From assembly GCA_044892525.1 (NCBI GenBank), contig CM097885.1, forward strand, positions 51,400,001-51,464,000: a DNA stretch of 64,000 bases, read 5' to 3'. Below the pieces are notes generated by a model. The model was not told where the DNA came from. It was given only the letters and a program-made list of their open reading frames with translations, and did not search any database. Source of the DNA: Schmidtea polychroa. Lineage: Eukaryota. Positions 13,170 through 27,078 of the stretch are shown piece after piece. The position numbers were made by a program, and so were the translations under genes. Positions within the stretch are counted from its first letter, which is position 1; each line of letters opens with the position of its first letter.

Positions 13170-14680
13170 TTAAAATTTTTGGCAATTTCACGTTCAATTG
13201 ACAAAGTGGCCAGGGCATCTAATCATTCTTGTCTCATCGTAGAGCGGATATAGGTTTTAATTAGTTTTAATTTTGAAAAACTCTTCAGCGCTAGCTACTG
13301 ATATCGGTAAAGTTAAAAAAAATTCTTAGGGCTATAAAAACATTGGCCAAAGATAATGCTAAATTATTTGAGCATTTATATTCCAATATATTTGAAGGAG
13401 TGTAGCAGGATTCTTTAATATGATTTCTTAAAAACCTTAATTCATCGTATAAATCGGAGCCAGATATATCTTTTTGGTCACCATCTGCGAGCAAAATTTC
13501 CAAATCCATGCAATTTTTTCGAAGGGCTTCATCACTCATTTCTGCCTTTAAATTATAAATGAAGTTAAAATTTTTATTGTGCTCCTGAATCAAAGTAAAC
13601 CTATCATTTGATGACACAATTGCTTGGTCAAGGATGTTATTAAAAAGATTATTCTTAAAATTTTGTACTGCATCATTGATTACTTCATCTGGGTGCTCAT
13701 AATCGAAATGCCTTTTTCTGCGACGATTTCTTATTTGCTCAAACTCTGGCTTAATTTCTAATTGTAGTGCCATTTTTTGGCCTCTTAAATAACTTCATTA
13801 AACTTATCTATACTTTTTTAAATAGTCAATATTATTAGAAAGTATTGTTGTAGCTTACGAAACATTAAAATTTCTTTCTGAAGTACTTTGCTTGTAATAT
13901 TTATTTGACTTAAAATATCATACCAGACAATTAGACTGCAAATAAATTTAAAATATTCCATCTTTATGTAGAGGACGAGAAAAAAACGTATAGATATTGT
14001 ACAATATCGAAGAAAGTTACAGCTTCTATACAACAGCTTGCTGCTTCATTGACAACTAAATTCAAAGAATGTGCGGAGCAAGGTACGAAAAACGCTTTAG
14101 AATTTAATGTTAATATTCAACTTTGCACTCCGCTATCCTTTCCTCACATACTGAAGCCGTTGTCGTAACCTTGCCCTCTTTAATCAGATAAAGGTATTTC
14201 ATATTCATTTACAATTTCTAGAATTTCCTCAAACATTCTAGCTCCTGTGCTGCTACAAATATCTACAAATCCCAGAAAATGCTCACGGACATTAACATAA
14301 TCACCATGTTTATCGGGAGACGATAAAATTTATACAAAACATACGATTAATGTAATTTGTTTTGTGTGGGGTATATCCGGTGTACGTACAGTCGACAATC
14401 AGAGAATAATATTTACTTTCTTTCAATACAGATATCTGTGTAATTTTATTTTGAATATTTTTTACCAAATAGTGATGATATATTTCTTTATTTTTTATAC
14501 GTTTTAAATGTTCTTTCATTACTAAATCGAACTTCGCCAAGAACTCAATGATTTTCAAAAAATTTCCGTTGCCTTTTTTGAATAATTTATCTGAATTGTC
14601 TCTAAGTGCAATATTTTGAGAACCATGTAACTTAAACAGTCGTTCTAAAACGCTTTTCCAATGTATTTTGTTTTCATTCC
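13170..14680 (-). pseudogene. hAT transposase pseudogene (fragments 14310-14558, 13818-14033, 13291-13773)
   Basis: IIEFLAKFD..KYYSLIVDCT, WYDILSQINITSKVLQ, RRRKRHFDYE, FSKLKLIKTY..IEREIAK; multiple frameshifts. Confidence 0.85.
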
Positions 14681-16204
14681 TTTTTTTTGTTGATTCTGAA
14701 AGTCATATTAAAATTGACCAAATTATTAATATAAATTAGAACACTTTATAATTTTTAATATTTTTTAAAATTATTTAAATAAAATTTAAAAAAACGTAAA
14801 AAAATTTTTGGTCAATTTGCGGCTTCTTAATCATGCTGCCCTATGCATTTACCATATCTGCATCGCTCCTAAGGCAGCGCTGATGACAATAAATCAACAA
14901 CTAAAATATTAAGGTTGCATACACCATTTCCGAATTCTCTCATTATTTCTGGTATGCTATTTTTCTTTCGTTACCATATGAATAACTGGATTGGGTTAGT
15001 ACGGTAATTATAGTGATAATGTCCTTTTGCTGTTAGTTTTTCAGAATTTGATTAGGCTGATAGATTTTTTTTGTGGGAATTATTCATTAATTTTCTTAGA
15101 GTGTAAGTATTAGCAAGATCCAAAACCATTATAGAATGAGTGATAATATTGGGTGTTGATATGTATTGAAAACATGCATTTTATGTATTGAAAGTGAAAA
15201 ACAAAATGTGGAAGACTATGTAAACAAATGTAAGTGATTTGTTTGATAGTGTAATTAATACTATTTAATTTTAACAAGCACCTTCATATCTATAATGTCA
15301 CAAAAATATGATAATTCAAAATTTAATTTATTTATTTCAATTAAAAACTAGATAACTAATATATCAAACCCTGTGATGAGTGTAGCTTGTGATTGCCTAT
15401 TTAGACATAATAGACAGAAGATAAGTCAAGACTTGCAGGTTTGAACACAATCAAACACATGGTTTGCTTGTAACGGTCAGTTTGGTAGAGAAACAAAATT
15501 CTTCGTAATTCTATTTCAGTGGTTTAAGGGTTAATACTTGGTAGTGTTACTAATATTAAGCTCGTTTTTGTTGTTAGAAAAGATCAACAAATTCCAACTA
15601 AATTAATATTTGCATTCCAGAAATTCGTATTTTACACTTTAAAATATAACAGTAAATAAATTATCATTTTGTATTTGAAAATAAAACATTTCATCTTCAT
15701 TTCCACCCTTCATTTATAACAATAATACAAATCATTTATCCATTTCAGGAGAGCTCGTCATTCCTGCTAACCGCATTTCTCAAAATTATTTTTTAAACGC
15801 TTTCTGGTTTCTGGTAATAACTATTGGGCAAGATGTGTTGAATTTAGTTGTTTGTACATTTTCTTGAAAGTTATTTAATAAGGATCAATAACCCTTCGAG
15901 TACCAGAAGTGTCTATCGGACACATTTTAAAATTTGCAGCTTATCAGTTTGTGTGGATCACTTCAATAAAAATATCTTGTACTAAATATATAATGTAATA
16001 ATTTAAATAAAAAGAAATTAAATCAAAGATTTAAAAAAGCTTAAATAAAACTGTTTTCCTACTGTTATTCATATAAATATCCGTTGGATACTACCAGTCT
16101 TTAGCGATATTTTTTCTTGTCTTTTACGGATTAAAAATAAATTTCTTAAAACTTTTCGGAAAAATGACAAAATATCATTGAAATTAAATTTGTAGACATC
16201 TTAA

Positions 16205-16710
16205 CCCTTTGATGATGATTTTTAAAAAATGAAATTTCTGTAACTTTAACGATAGAAATCAGCTATATAGCTAGTTTAAAACGTGTAATGTTGATTTCAA
16301 ATTTTTCCTATGCTGCAAATTTGAAATTTGAGTGCGGGACATATATGTCCCACTAACTAAATGTAAGGCAAAAACTAATATTGCATGCAGTTTTATAAAA
16401 AAAATATAAACATATACACAAAAAAATAAATATACTTACCTTTTGATATAAATACTTCCCAAAATAAACAATAATGTAGGTATTATAACCACTATTTCAC
16501 AAATCACATGCTGTAAACTGTGACAACGAATGAAATAAAATGTTACGTTTGCTAGCCGGCAGAACGTATATTAACGAGTATAGACGAAACTAGTCGAAAA
16601 TACTATAAACACGAGTGGGACAAGCGTTGGTTGTAATAGCACAGAGAATAAGGCATCTATATTTTTTTAAATTTGACTGGGACATATATATCCCGACAGT
16701 GGTCAAAGGG
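16205..16710. mobile_element. Non-autonomous piggyBac-type element (MITE)
   Basis: TTAA|CCCTTTGA ... TCAAAGGG|TTAA; subterminal near-palindromes GGGACATATATGTCCC (~16336) and GGGACATATATATCCC (~16679). Confidence 0.8.
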
Positions 16711-19129
16711 TTAAAGAATTCTATTGTCTTAATATCATTTAATGACAAAAATGTTTATAAAATCAGTGATAAAACAATAAAATGTTGTAATAAAATAAAT
16801 ACTTATAATACATATGCTAGTCAATAACAAGTGCCAAAGTAGCTAAACAAAGTCTAAATATTTTTATATTCATGTCACTGATTGGAAATTCATTTTCAGA
16901 TTAGATTAGTTTAAAAATAAAATATTTTTCACAATCTCGCATTCCATAAAAAACTTGCTTTGAGTTACATAGCTTATCTGTCCATGACACTTGACCTTTC
17001 TAGCTACATTTCATTAATTATACCTCGTTATGGCTCGTGATTGTAACGCCTCTGTGAATATATTTTGTTGCCAACGCCAATATATAAAACTGAGATTGAA
17101 ATGTTCTTGTCTCATTAAAACGTTGGTTTATTCACAATTATTCTGCATTTTCTGTAAATATTTGATTATAGATGAATTATAAAATTATTTATTTATTTAT
17201 ATACATTTGTTTATTATCTTGACACTATTCATGTAACATTTTCTAAACAATCTGATTAGAAAAATTCTAATTGTATATGTAGCACCTGAAAGATTTATTA
17301 ATTCATGAAATTTATATAAATTATAATTATAATCATTCAACAACATTTGTGGTTCGAACTCTTTATTATATAATCTTGACTGAACATGTCAACTGTTACA
17401 GGGGAGGCAGAATTTAGAATAAATTTAAGCTTATTTATTTGCCCTCCCAATGGGAGGCTCCCATTTAACTTACTATAAAAATAAATTCGAATTTCATCAA
17501 CTTTTTAATCTGAATCCTCGTGTTCTTGAATATTAATCAGCAGTATATTTGTTGGGTTTTATTAATTCAAGTCGGTAACCTCTGACTCCACGTGTCCCTT
17601 TAATCGTAAATAACAAAGCAATAAACTATCCAGTGTATATTTAAATCACAAATTTCTCACAATCTAAAGATACAATCAACGACAGAGTTTTACGAGTTTG
17701 GGTCCGTTCTCCGCTCGGCGCTGATGCTTTGTCAAAATCTTTATCAATATTCACCTTTTAATCGAACTTTTTCTATTTTAGTCTGGTCCGCTTTCAATTC
17801 AATTTTCTTCTCACGACTCAAATATTTCCTAACTCTATCCGTTCGTTTCCCTAACTTCCTGATTACCCTAAGCTCGGTTTCTTCTTGTCCCTATCTGAGG
17901 CAGAATGCCGATTATTTCAAATTTCGACTTTGCTTTTACACTAAAATAAACACTTTGATTAATTGGTTTTTGACCGGATTGCTTCTATATGACAATGGTT
18001 AGACCACCGGTTCTACGAACGTTGTTTGAACCATATCATGATTAATTGCCTCCCTTTTCTAATACTTCGTAGTAGCCCTAAAACTTGTTTGTCTCCATTA
18101 ATCATGCTGTCATGATAATGGCCTTCCGAGATTCTCATTTTGTTTACTTTCCATTTTAATAGAGCTCGGGTTTCCTTCATCTCTCGGGTTCTCTATTGGC
18201 TCAGGTTTTCTACTAGCCAATTAATTAATTAATTAACGATTTTCTGTTTTAACACATTCGAATGCTTTTCAACCCTTTCTAACCATTTTCTGATAAATTC
18301 CTAATCACCATCTCGTTGACCATTAACTAATCTATGCCTGTCCCGTTTTTCCGATTCACTTTCGATAAATTTACAATTTATTGACTTTTCGGATTTTTGA
18401 CTTTCGTAACTGCTTTTGCTATTTCCTAATACTGACCACACTTTTATTTGTCGTTTAATTCAACCTAAATTTTCAACATATATAAACTTCTATGTTTTTA
18501 CGCAATAATATTAAATATATAAAATAAATATTTTACAACTTATAAATTTATCTTTAATCCCATGTCAAAATTTGCGCGTCATTTATTGATTTTGTTTGGT
18601 TTTTCATTTGAATTTAAGATAGTTGATTTAAACAACAAGAATTTAATAACAAAAAATAAAACAATTAAAATCCAGCACTTTCTTAACAAGTCAGTTGAAG
18701 TTTTGGTTTGATTAATTTATTTTCAGGATTTCAGATTTCTTTCTATATAAATTTCAGGAAAATCAATTCAATCATGCAAATATAATAAAATAATAATAGC
18801 CATTAATAATAATAATAATAATAGTTATAATAATTATTTTTATTATTATTATTATTTGAAGTAATGATATAAACTTCTTTTATCGGATGCCTTACACATC
18901 CGACAAAATATTTTACGCCATTACTTTATAGATTAAAACGCTAAAGGTAATCGGGTGCATTTGTAAATAGTTTCTGTGTCTCAACTAATTTTTTAGTCCG
19001 CGGAGGTGAAAATGATTTTTCATACGCCATGCTTACAAGTTTACAGATTTCCTGTGATCAAGCTAATAAGCAAGTGATGTGATTTTCAGTGTACCAGGAA
19101 AAGTATGCAATAAAACTGAATCAGCAATG

Positions 19130-19380
19130 AAATTTGGTTTTGACTTATTTCACTGCCGAACTTAATCTGCCTAATACATGCTTACAGGGAAAAGTTGTAA
19201 TTCAATATTTATTCAGATGTTAAATAATTTAAAATGAAACTATCATTATTTATCAAGCATATTGACGAAAGAAAACTCATTAATTTTCCAAATTGTTTGG
19301 CAAAATACTAAAATGAAAAGTGCATTAATAAAACATCAAACTGAGTTTGAAAATCGGTTTGCTAATTTCAAAAAGATCTC
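19130..19380 (+). pseudogene. hAT (Buster/SPIN, GTF2IRD2-like) transposase fragment
   Basis: LNLPNTCLQGK..FKMKLSLF..NFPNC..EFENRFANFK, with stops and frameshifts. Confidence 0.55.
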
Positions 19381-19594
19381 ACGAAAAATGGAAATAAAGT
19401 ACCAAGCGATTTGCAAATCAATGTGATATCAAAAATATCATTGATTTTATTAACTATAATAAATTTCGTAAAAATATATAATTAGCGTTTTATTTTTAAA
19501 ACTAAAATATTTGTACACATATATGACCCGAGTGCTGACAGCACTAATCTTCATGTAATCTCCATGTTTAAGTCATCTGAAATTTTATCAAATA

Positions 19595-21275
19595 CCGTTT
19601 TTCTCCAAAATTAAGACCCGGGCTTAAATATATTTTTAAAAAAAAATTTGGCAAAAATACACTTAGGGCTTAATTTCGGGAAGTTTTCTATTTTTGGAAT
19701 AAAAATAAACTTTTAAAAATTATGCAAATATTCAAAATAAAAATCTAATCAATTAAAATGATTTTATTTTAGTACAACCATATCATCTTCTTCTAAAACA
19801 TTGTCTTGATTATTTAAAATTGAAAAATCAGCAGGTCTTGTTTGCGATTCGAACTCCCTTAAAATCAACGGACCAAAACGTTAATGTTTAGCAATTGCTG
19901 AAGTCTCGAATGAAAAGGATCTGTCCAAATAACCGGCACGTAAAGAGTTGAAAACGCATTCATTTGTGATTTTACTCCAAGCTGCTTTTACCCAACCAAC
20001 AACATCCTGTAATTTAGGTTTGATATAATTACCTTTCACATTACGTTCTCTTTTGATTTCAATATAGATGTTAATTTCTTCCCGAAGATAATTCTTAAAT
20101 GGCTTATTTATGTCAATATCCAAACTTTGTAAATATGCTGTCATACCGGATGGAAACATGACTTGATCAATATTCTGATTCGAGAGATACTCTTTCATTG
20201 TTTTAGCTCGGTGTGTACTGTCAGAGTCCCACACCAGTAGTTTATTTTGATTGTGCCGTGAAACTGGTGGAAACATCAAATTATCTATTTTTTAACAATA
20301 TCTTGGGTACAACAAGCTTTTTCAGTTTCTAAGACGTAAATTACAGAAACACAATTGATCATTTCCCTTTTTCTTTTCGTAATCAGCAGAGGAGTAAATT
20401 TCTTGTCATTAGAATCAATGGCAAGAATACATGTAACTCTTGGACTTTCATACCCGGTTGATGGAATACTGATCGATGTAGCACCTTTTCGATCAATTGT
20501 TGTTTGTACAGCCTGGCCAAAAAATACCGATGTTTCGTCCCTAGCAATTATATTTGATTGTTGATATTGTGCAAAATTTAAATTATCCATGAATGTTTTA
20601 AAAGATAATGCTCGTTTGATGATTTCCACGTCATCCAGCTTAAATAATGTCGTTGACCTTCTTAAAGACAGTTTGTATCTGGTTAGAAATCCATCAATCC
20701 CGTGTTGTGAAGCTTTGAACTTATCTAAAGAGATATTAAACTGCGGTGCTAACTGAATTGCAAGTTTTTGAACTGCCACTCTTCGAACAACAAAAGCTTC
20801 GGCTCGTTGTTGTAAAATCCATTCGAAAATCATATCTTCCAATTCATTATATAACGGTTTCTTTCCTGCACCAACACGCCGAACTTTTAAATTTCCAGCA
20901 TCACTTTGTTGAATGAGATTGTCATATTCTTTTCTCCATCGTCGAACCATCCTCAAATCAAGAATCTTCTCATTACAAAATGCTGTTAAACATTTTCCAC
21001 TTGATTCTTCTACAATATTTATTTTATATTCAACTGAATAGCTTTTTCTAGTCCCTGCCATTTTGTATGGATTAATTTTTTAAAAAAATTTATTCAATTT
21101 TATCAAATAGTTATTAATATTAATATAACTATGCTTTTAATTTTTAACAATATATCTGAAATTTTATTTAATATATATAAAAAAACAAAATTGCTAGGGC
21201 TTAATTTCGGTGTTAGGGCTGCAATATAATTTATTTTTAAAAATTGTGCTAGGGCTTAATTTCGGAGAAACACAG
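19595..21275 (-). mobile_element. pogo-family (POGK-like) DNA transposon, full length but inactivated
   Basis: TA|CCGTTTTTCTCCAAAATTAAG ... CTTAATTTCGGAGAAACACAG|TA imperfect TIRs; repeated subterminal TAGGGCTTAATTTCGG. Confidence 0.88.
19764..21061 (-). pseudogene. pogo transposase (Brinker-like N-terminus, CENP-B-type HTH, DDE_1) with a frameshift near 20285 and an in-frame stop at 19881-19883
   Basis: RKSYSVEYKI, LEDMIFEWILQQR, DET, LLVWDSDSTH, PSGMTAYLQSLDIDINKPFK. Confidence 0.88.
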
Positions 21276-22285
21276 TAGTTGCAATACAAGATTAATAATT
21301 TTTAATAGTGAAACATTTTTAAAGGTTATTTACATTTTAATATTATTTAAAAAATATATTTAAAACAAAATCAAGAAAAATTAAAATTTCATTTTCCTAC
21401 AAATCTATAATTTTATTAAATATAACATTTCCAATATCGAAATGAGTAATTTTAATTAGTTTTATCCTCGAATTATTTCAATTACGTGATATTTTTGTTT
21501 GTATATATTTCAAAAATATGTTAAAAAGTTGAAAATGCATTACGTAATAGAATTTAATACTGTGTCTAACGGTTTACATGAAGGAATTCAAAGGCAGCTG
21601 ATGCATTATTTATTTTTACAGGCGCTTTTCTTGAATATATGAATCTTATTAATTAAAAATTCCCGAAAATATGCATGTTACTTTATAATGAACAGAATTG
21701 CTAATGTTCATCAAAAATCTAAAAAAAATCTATTTAAAAAATGCAATGAGGACAACCTTACACATCATGAAATTAAAAATATTTATAATTAATATAATCA
21801 ATTATTATTTTTTCTATTTTTAATGAAAAATTTATGAATTTAAAGTTAAAACTTAAAATGGTCATGAATTAAAGTTACATATTTAAACAGAAAAGTCGCA
21901 GAAACAGGTTTGGAGCACGTTATTGAATGTTTTAATTTACATCTATTAGATAATCTCATATTTGGTTTTTTACTTTAGTTTTGTAAACATTTTTATTGTG
22001 GTTGTTTAAACTTCTCAATAGAAACAAACAATTTTTAATTGTTGTACAATAATTGTATTTCTATATCAAAATCAGTAATATTAAACAAATTCATGATACT
22101 AATTAAAATAATTAATTAATGATACAATCAGAAAGCAATAGTTTTTTTATTATCTAAAAGTTGGATCCAGTCGAAATCTTTGGAATTATGGAATGTAATT
22201 AGTGAATAAAATTGTAGAATTATGCTCCCTAATAAACTTCCTAACCCGTTAAGAAATATATATATATATATATATATATAAAACT

Positions 22286-24271
22286 ATAAAATGATAATTT
22301 AAGCCTTTTGCTGCAAATAATGTATTTAATGAAAGAATTTTCGACTATACGATAGTCCTTGTCAATCTCCTGGAATTTAGCAATGTTCTTCCCCAAAATA
22401 CCCTTCAATCTTTCTTTTATTTCCTTTCTCTTAATTCTCATTGGTTGTAAATATAATGAATTGTTTTACTAAAAACTTTTAAAATTTTTACATTTAAAAT
22501 TTCAAAATGACACAAACTAAAAATTTTTAAATTTTTTACAGCTTCTATAATTAGCTTCTAGAAGCCTAATAAAATATTTGAAAATATTTTAAATAAAGCC
22601 TCCAATAACTACTTATATATGCTATTTAAATATTTCAATAAATGTGTCAATTTTGATTTTCAAACCCTATTTATTAAAATTTTTTTTCTATATTATTCTA
22701 ATTATTACTTTTTAATTTATTCTATTTTTTTTAATTTCTTTATATATTGTCAGTTATTCTCAAAGTCAATGACAACAGATCAAATTCATGATTTCATTGA
22801 TTTCTTCTTTAGTGTTGATCTTTGGCTGTCTGTTTATGATGAGAATTGCTTCTTTGATTCTGACATTTTTCTTTTGGATGTTTCCATTAGCTATGATTTC
22901 TATTGAAATATTTTTTCTTTCCTCTGTTGGCTGACACTGCCGGAGATGTCTGATCTTTGGTGCATAAATATTTCTTTGCGAGCTAGTTTTCTGTAGAACC
23001 CGTATGTTGGAGTATTTTCTTCTTCAACATACGGGTTCTACAGAAAACCAGCTCGCAAAGAAATATTTATGCACCAAAGATCAGCGCTTCCATACTTACA
23101 GAAAGTACATGTCATAAGAAACGAGAAACGAAGAATAGCCAATCGATGCACGGAGAAAAACGAAAACTTTAAAGAGCAATCAAATTTCAATAAAATCCTA
23201 CACCGAAACGGATACCAAGGTGAGGACATTGAAAAAATGAATTCTACCCCAAGAAGATCTAGGGAATTAACACAAAAGAATCAGAAATATTTCTATCTGA
23301 ATATCCCATTCATCAGTGACATACTCGACTTCAAGATCCTGAAAGAACTTAAACGTACCGGTCTTCCAATTCGGATAGCACATAAATCTTGGACATTGAG
23401 AAGGGCTCTGGCAGGCAACATAAATAGAGAAAACAATTGCACAATGAAAAACTGCCAGACACCGAAAGATATGTGCTTTAGAAAAAACATCGTCTATTGC
23501 ATCACGTGCAATGTATGCAATGAAATCTACATTGGAAGTACCCTCAGGACATTGCACCAAAGAGTTAAAGAACATCTAGATCCTGGTGGAACATCCTCGT
23601 TGGGCAGACATCTCCGGCAGTGTCAGCCAACAGAGGAAAGAAAAAATATTTCAATAGAAATCATAGCTAATGGAAACATCCAAAAGAAAAATGTCAGAAT
23701 CAAAGAAGCAATTCTCATCATAAACAGACAGCCAAAGATCAACACTAAAGAAGAAATCAATGAAATCATGAATTTGATCTGTTGTCATTGACTTTGAGAA
23801 TAACTGACAATATATAAAGAAATTAAAAAAAATAGAATAAATTAAAAAGTAATAATTAGAATAATATAGAAAAAAAATTTTAATAAATAGGGTTTGAAAA
23901 TCAAAATTGACACATTTATTGAAATATTTAAATAGCATATATAAGTAGTTATTGGAGGCTTTATTTAAAATATTTTCAAATATTTTATTAGGCTTCTAGA
24001 AGCTAATTATAGAAGCTGTAAAAAATTTAAAAATTTTTAGTTTGTGTCATTTTGAAATTTTAAATGTAAAAATTTTAAAAGTTTTTAGTAAAACAATTCA
24101 TTATATTTACAACCAATGAGAATTAAGAGAAAGGAAATAAAAGAAAGATTGAAGGGTATTTTGGGGAAGAACATTGCTAAATTCCAGGAGATTGACAAGG
24201 ACTATCGTATAGTCGAAAATTCTTTCATTAAATACATTATTTGCAGCAAAAGGCTTAAATTATCATTTTAT
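22286..24271 (+). mobile_element. 5'-truncated Penelope-like retroelement with an inverted, internally deleted duplicate (fold-back)
   Basis: 22286-22952 is the reverse complement of 23605-24271; 22950-23009 is the reverse complement of 23025-23084; flanked by (TA)n runs. Confidence 0.88.
23021..23791 (+). pseudogene. Penelope-like RT C-terminus plus GIY-YIG endonuclease (5'-truncated open frame)
   Basis: FYRKP..FMHQRSALP, LHRNGY, LNIPFI, CFRKNIVYCITCNVCNEIYIGSTLRTLHQRVKEH, IKEAILIINRQPKIN. Confidence 0.9.
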
Positions 24272-24579
24272 TGTTTTAAATAATAAATGCTGCTACCAAG
24301 CAATCATCATTTTATACTTTATATATATATATATATATATATCCAATATATATATATTCATTAAAAAGAGAGTTTGAAGAAGTCTTCGTTTGTTGATACT
24401 CACAAATTTATATTTTATTTTAATTACCCAAATAATGTTTTCTATTTTTTAAATTTTATAATTTAATTCAACTTTTTATTTTTTAATATTTTATTCTATA
24501 AAAAACGTTTTTGATATTTTATATATATTTTTTAATTTTAAATTTTAATTCTAATTAAATAATAATTTAAATATTAATT

Positions 24580-24840
24580 TTGTTGAATGTTGATGGACGG
24601 TTTAAGTTTTTTGATATAAAGAGTCTCCGCGGCTAATCTTTGCAATGCATTTTTGAACGCATCTTGTAACATTTTGGATTTTGTTTCCTGTAAGAGTGGT
24701 GCTTATTTGTGCACTTTTTCCCAGTGTTCATGATAATTACTGGTTTTGCTCTTGACGTGTTCGTTCAGTCTTGCTTGGAACGTCCTATGTGTTTTGCCTA
24801 TGTATAATGCGTCACATCTTGTGCAAGTAATCTTGTACAA
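24580..24840 (-). pseudogene. Second, divergent Penelope-type GIY-YIG endonuclease fragment
   Basis: LYKITCTRCDALYIGKTHRTFQARLNEH...AAETLYIKKLKPSIN with one internal stop. Confidence 0.8.
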
Positions 24841-25758
24841 ATAAATTAAAATGTTGTCTATGTCATTTATTAATTATTTTATTTTTAATTGATGCTGAAA
24901 TCAGGGATGAACGTTCCTTTTAACACGAGAGGGTTTCTGAGTGGAAGGCCCAGAGGCTGAGAAATCCAAATTATCAAATGTGCAATTGCAACATTATTTT
25001 TACAATGATACAAAATTGGTGACTTAAAATTAGTAGTTGATGTTATTTTTAATTTTCATTTCTGTTTATATTTTAGAAAATTCAAGTTACATTGAAATAG
25101 TAAAATTTTTTTGATTGATCTGATGATTTTTTGCGTGCGCGATAGCTTAGAGGAAATGTTGCCAGGGACCCATTGTTTAATATTATATAAATCAGTTTTA
25201 GATTTGATTGCATTTTTTAGCGAAATTTAATTTATTTTCTTCTTACTAAACCGTAGGAAGCCAATCGAAAAGATGGATTATAAATTTGAGTTGCGAAAAA
25301 TTTTTGGATTATTGATAACTCTTTATTTACCTCAATACAATTTTAATTACTTTGGGTAACCAGTTTGATATGATATACTTTCTATTACAACGAAGAGATA
25401 ATTACCTTAAAAATAGCAATATTAATGTTAATAAAGTGGTGTATTTATTCGTAAGGTATCTGGCTTTTATGAAATATCGTATTGTAGTGTAATTTACTGT
25501 AATATTAGTTTTTTGTTATATTTTGTATAGTATGTGTAAAGAATATTTGTAATGTCTAGCTGAGTCTCCACCAAAAATATTGTTTCGGGACGGTCGGGAA
25601 TGATTGTGTGTTTTACAAACAAATATTAAATTGAAATTCAATAATAATGAGGATAGTAATATTCGAACAATAATAGAAAATTTAACCGTTGCCATAAATG
25701 ATTGAAAATCCTTTATGGGGCTTTTTTATTGTTATTATTATAATTTTTATTTAATATT

Positions 25759-25763
<5 letters not shown>

Positions 25764-25852
<89 letters not shown>
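25764..25852. repeat. (ATT)n microsatellite
   Basis: Direct. Confidence 0.98.
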
Positions 25853-25854
<2 letters not shown>

Positions 25855-26955
25855 ACTAAAATAAAAATTCACTTAAATTCACTAATATAAAAAGATAGTA
25901 AATTACCATTATTTTATAAATTTTTCGTTTGTGAAAAAGGTCAGTAACGCTTATTTCCTTGTTAATCTAGATATATTTATATTTATGTAAATATATTTAT
26001 TTTCTATTACTTTTAATAAATTAATCTTATTTATTATAAATATCAAAGTCAGACAAGTTCTACAAATGTAAATATCAGAACAATTATTTTAGCCTGAAAA
26101 TAGTAAGAAATATCAAGCAAAATTAATATTATAAATAATAAAGGTGAAGTTGAAATTAAGAAATAAATAACAGTTGTTACAATATTTGAAGTGTTTCACT
26201 ATTTTATTCTATTTTAAAATCAATTATTCTTGTTAGCAGGTGCCTTTACCATTTCCGAACCAAATGACAATTCACATTATCTTAAATTGTTTTAATTCAT
26301 TGACAACTTTGGTTTTAAAATTATCAACACTTCTCGTGAATGAATACAAAAATAAACTTAATCATGTTATTCTCATTATAAATTTATGACTCTCGTTTAT
26401 ATTAATTTTAAATAATTTCTTACAATTATTATTATACATTTTGATCATTTAACAAAGAAATTATTATTAGTGATTTTTACTAAAGAGTCTGTAGAAAAAA
26501 ATAAAATCAGTTATCAACATGGAAAGCCGAATTTGGACACCATAATTTTTAAAAGAAATATTATTTCAAAATGAATTTAAAATAGTAAATAATTTGTCAC
26601 TAAGGTAAAAGTTGTGAGACAGTCTAATTGACAGTCTAAAAATCGAAATTCACTTGTATTCACTAAACGTCAACGACTAATAAACATTACTTAGGTTTTC
26701 CGGGTGTAATTTTTACACAGACTCCTTTGAACGGATAAGAGATGATTGTTTTAGACACAGAAATCTTCAAGAGAAAACATAATTTGCATCAATTGTTTCT
26801 ATGTGAAAAAGAATAAAAAACAATAAAAGTTTTTGACTTCTATTTCAAAGATTTTTGTTAGAAAATGGATTATTTTATGCCAACTAATTTGCAAAATTGT
26901 AATTAAATTATTTCAAAATAATAAATATTTTTAGATGTTTAATTTTGTATATCTG

Positions 26956-27078
26956 TAGAGTTGCCACACGTCCTATTTTCGGTAGGACAGTCATACAATT
27001 TGGATATTTGTTCTACGTACTACTGTAGTAGTTTATTGATTTGTCATACTTTCTGCCTCTCAACATGTGGCAACCCCA
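26956..27078. mobile_element. 123-bp hAT-type MITE
   Basis: TAGAGTTGCCACA ... TGTGGCAACCCCA ends; perfect 8-bp TSD TATATCTG (26948-26955, 27079-27086). Confidence 0.85.

Larger units (their letters stand above)
12901..14882 (-). mobile_element. hAT DNA transposon, defective
   Basis: Imperfect TIRs CAGCGCCGGCT / CAGCGCTGCCT(rc); 8-bp TSD ATGACAAT at 12893-12900 and 14883-14890; internal transposase relic. Confidence 0.9.

Noticed and set aside
17394..18410. GC-richer block starting TGTTAC and ending near GTAACT, a possible solo LTR
   Set aside because: The end is not a clean CA, there is no TSD, and no second copy is present in the window
22619..23938. Two identical 95-aa hydrophobic ORFs (22619-22906 + and 23651-23938 -)
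   Set aside because: Antisense frames of the Penelope 3' end duplicated by the inverted repeat
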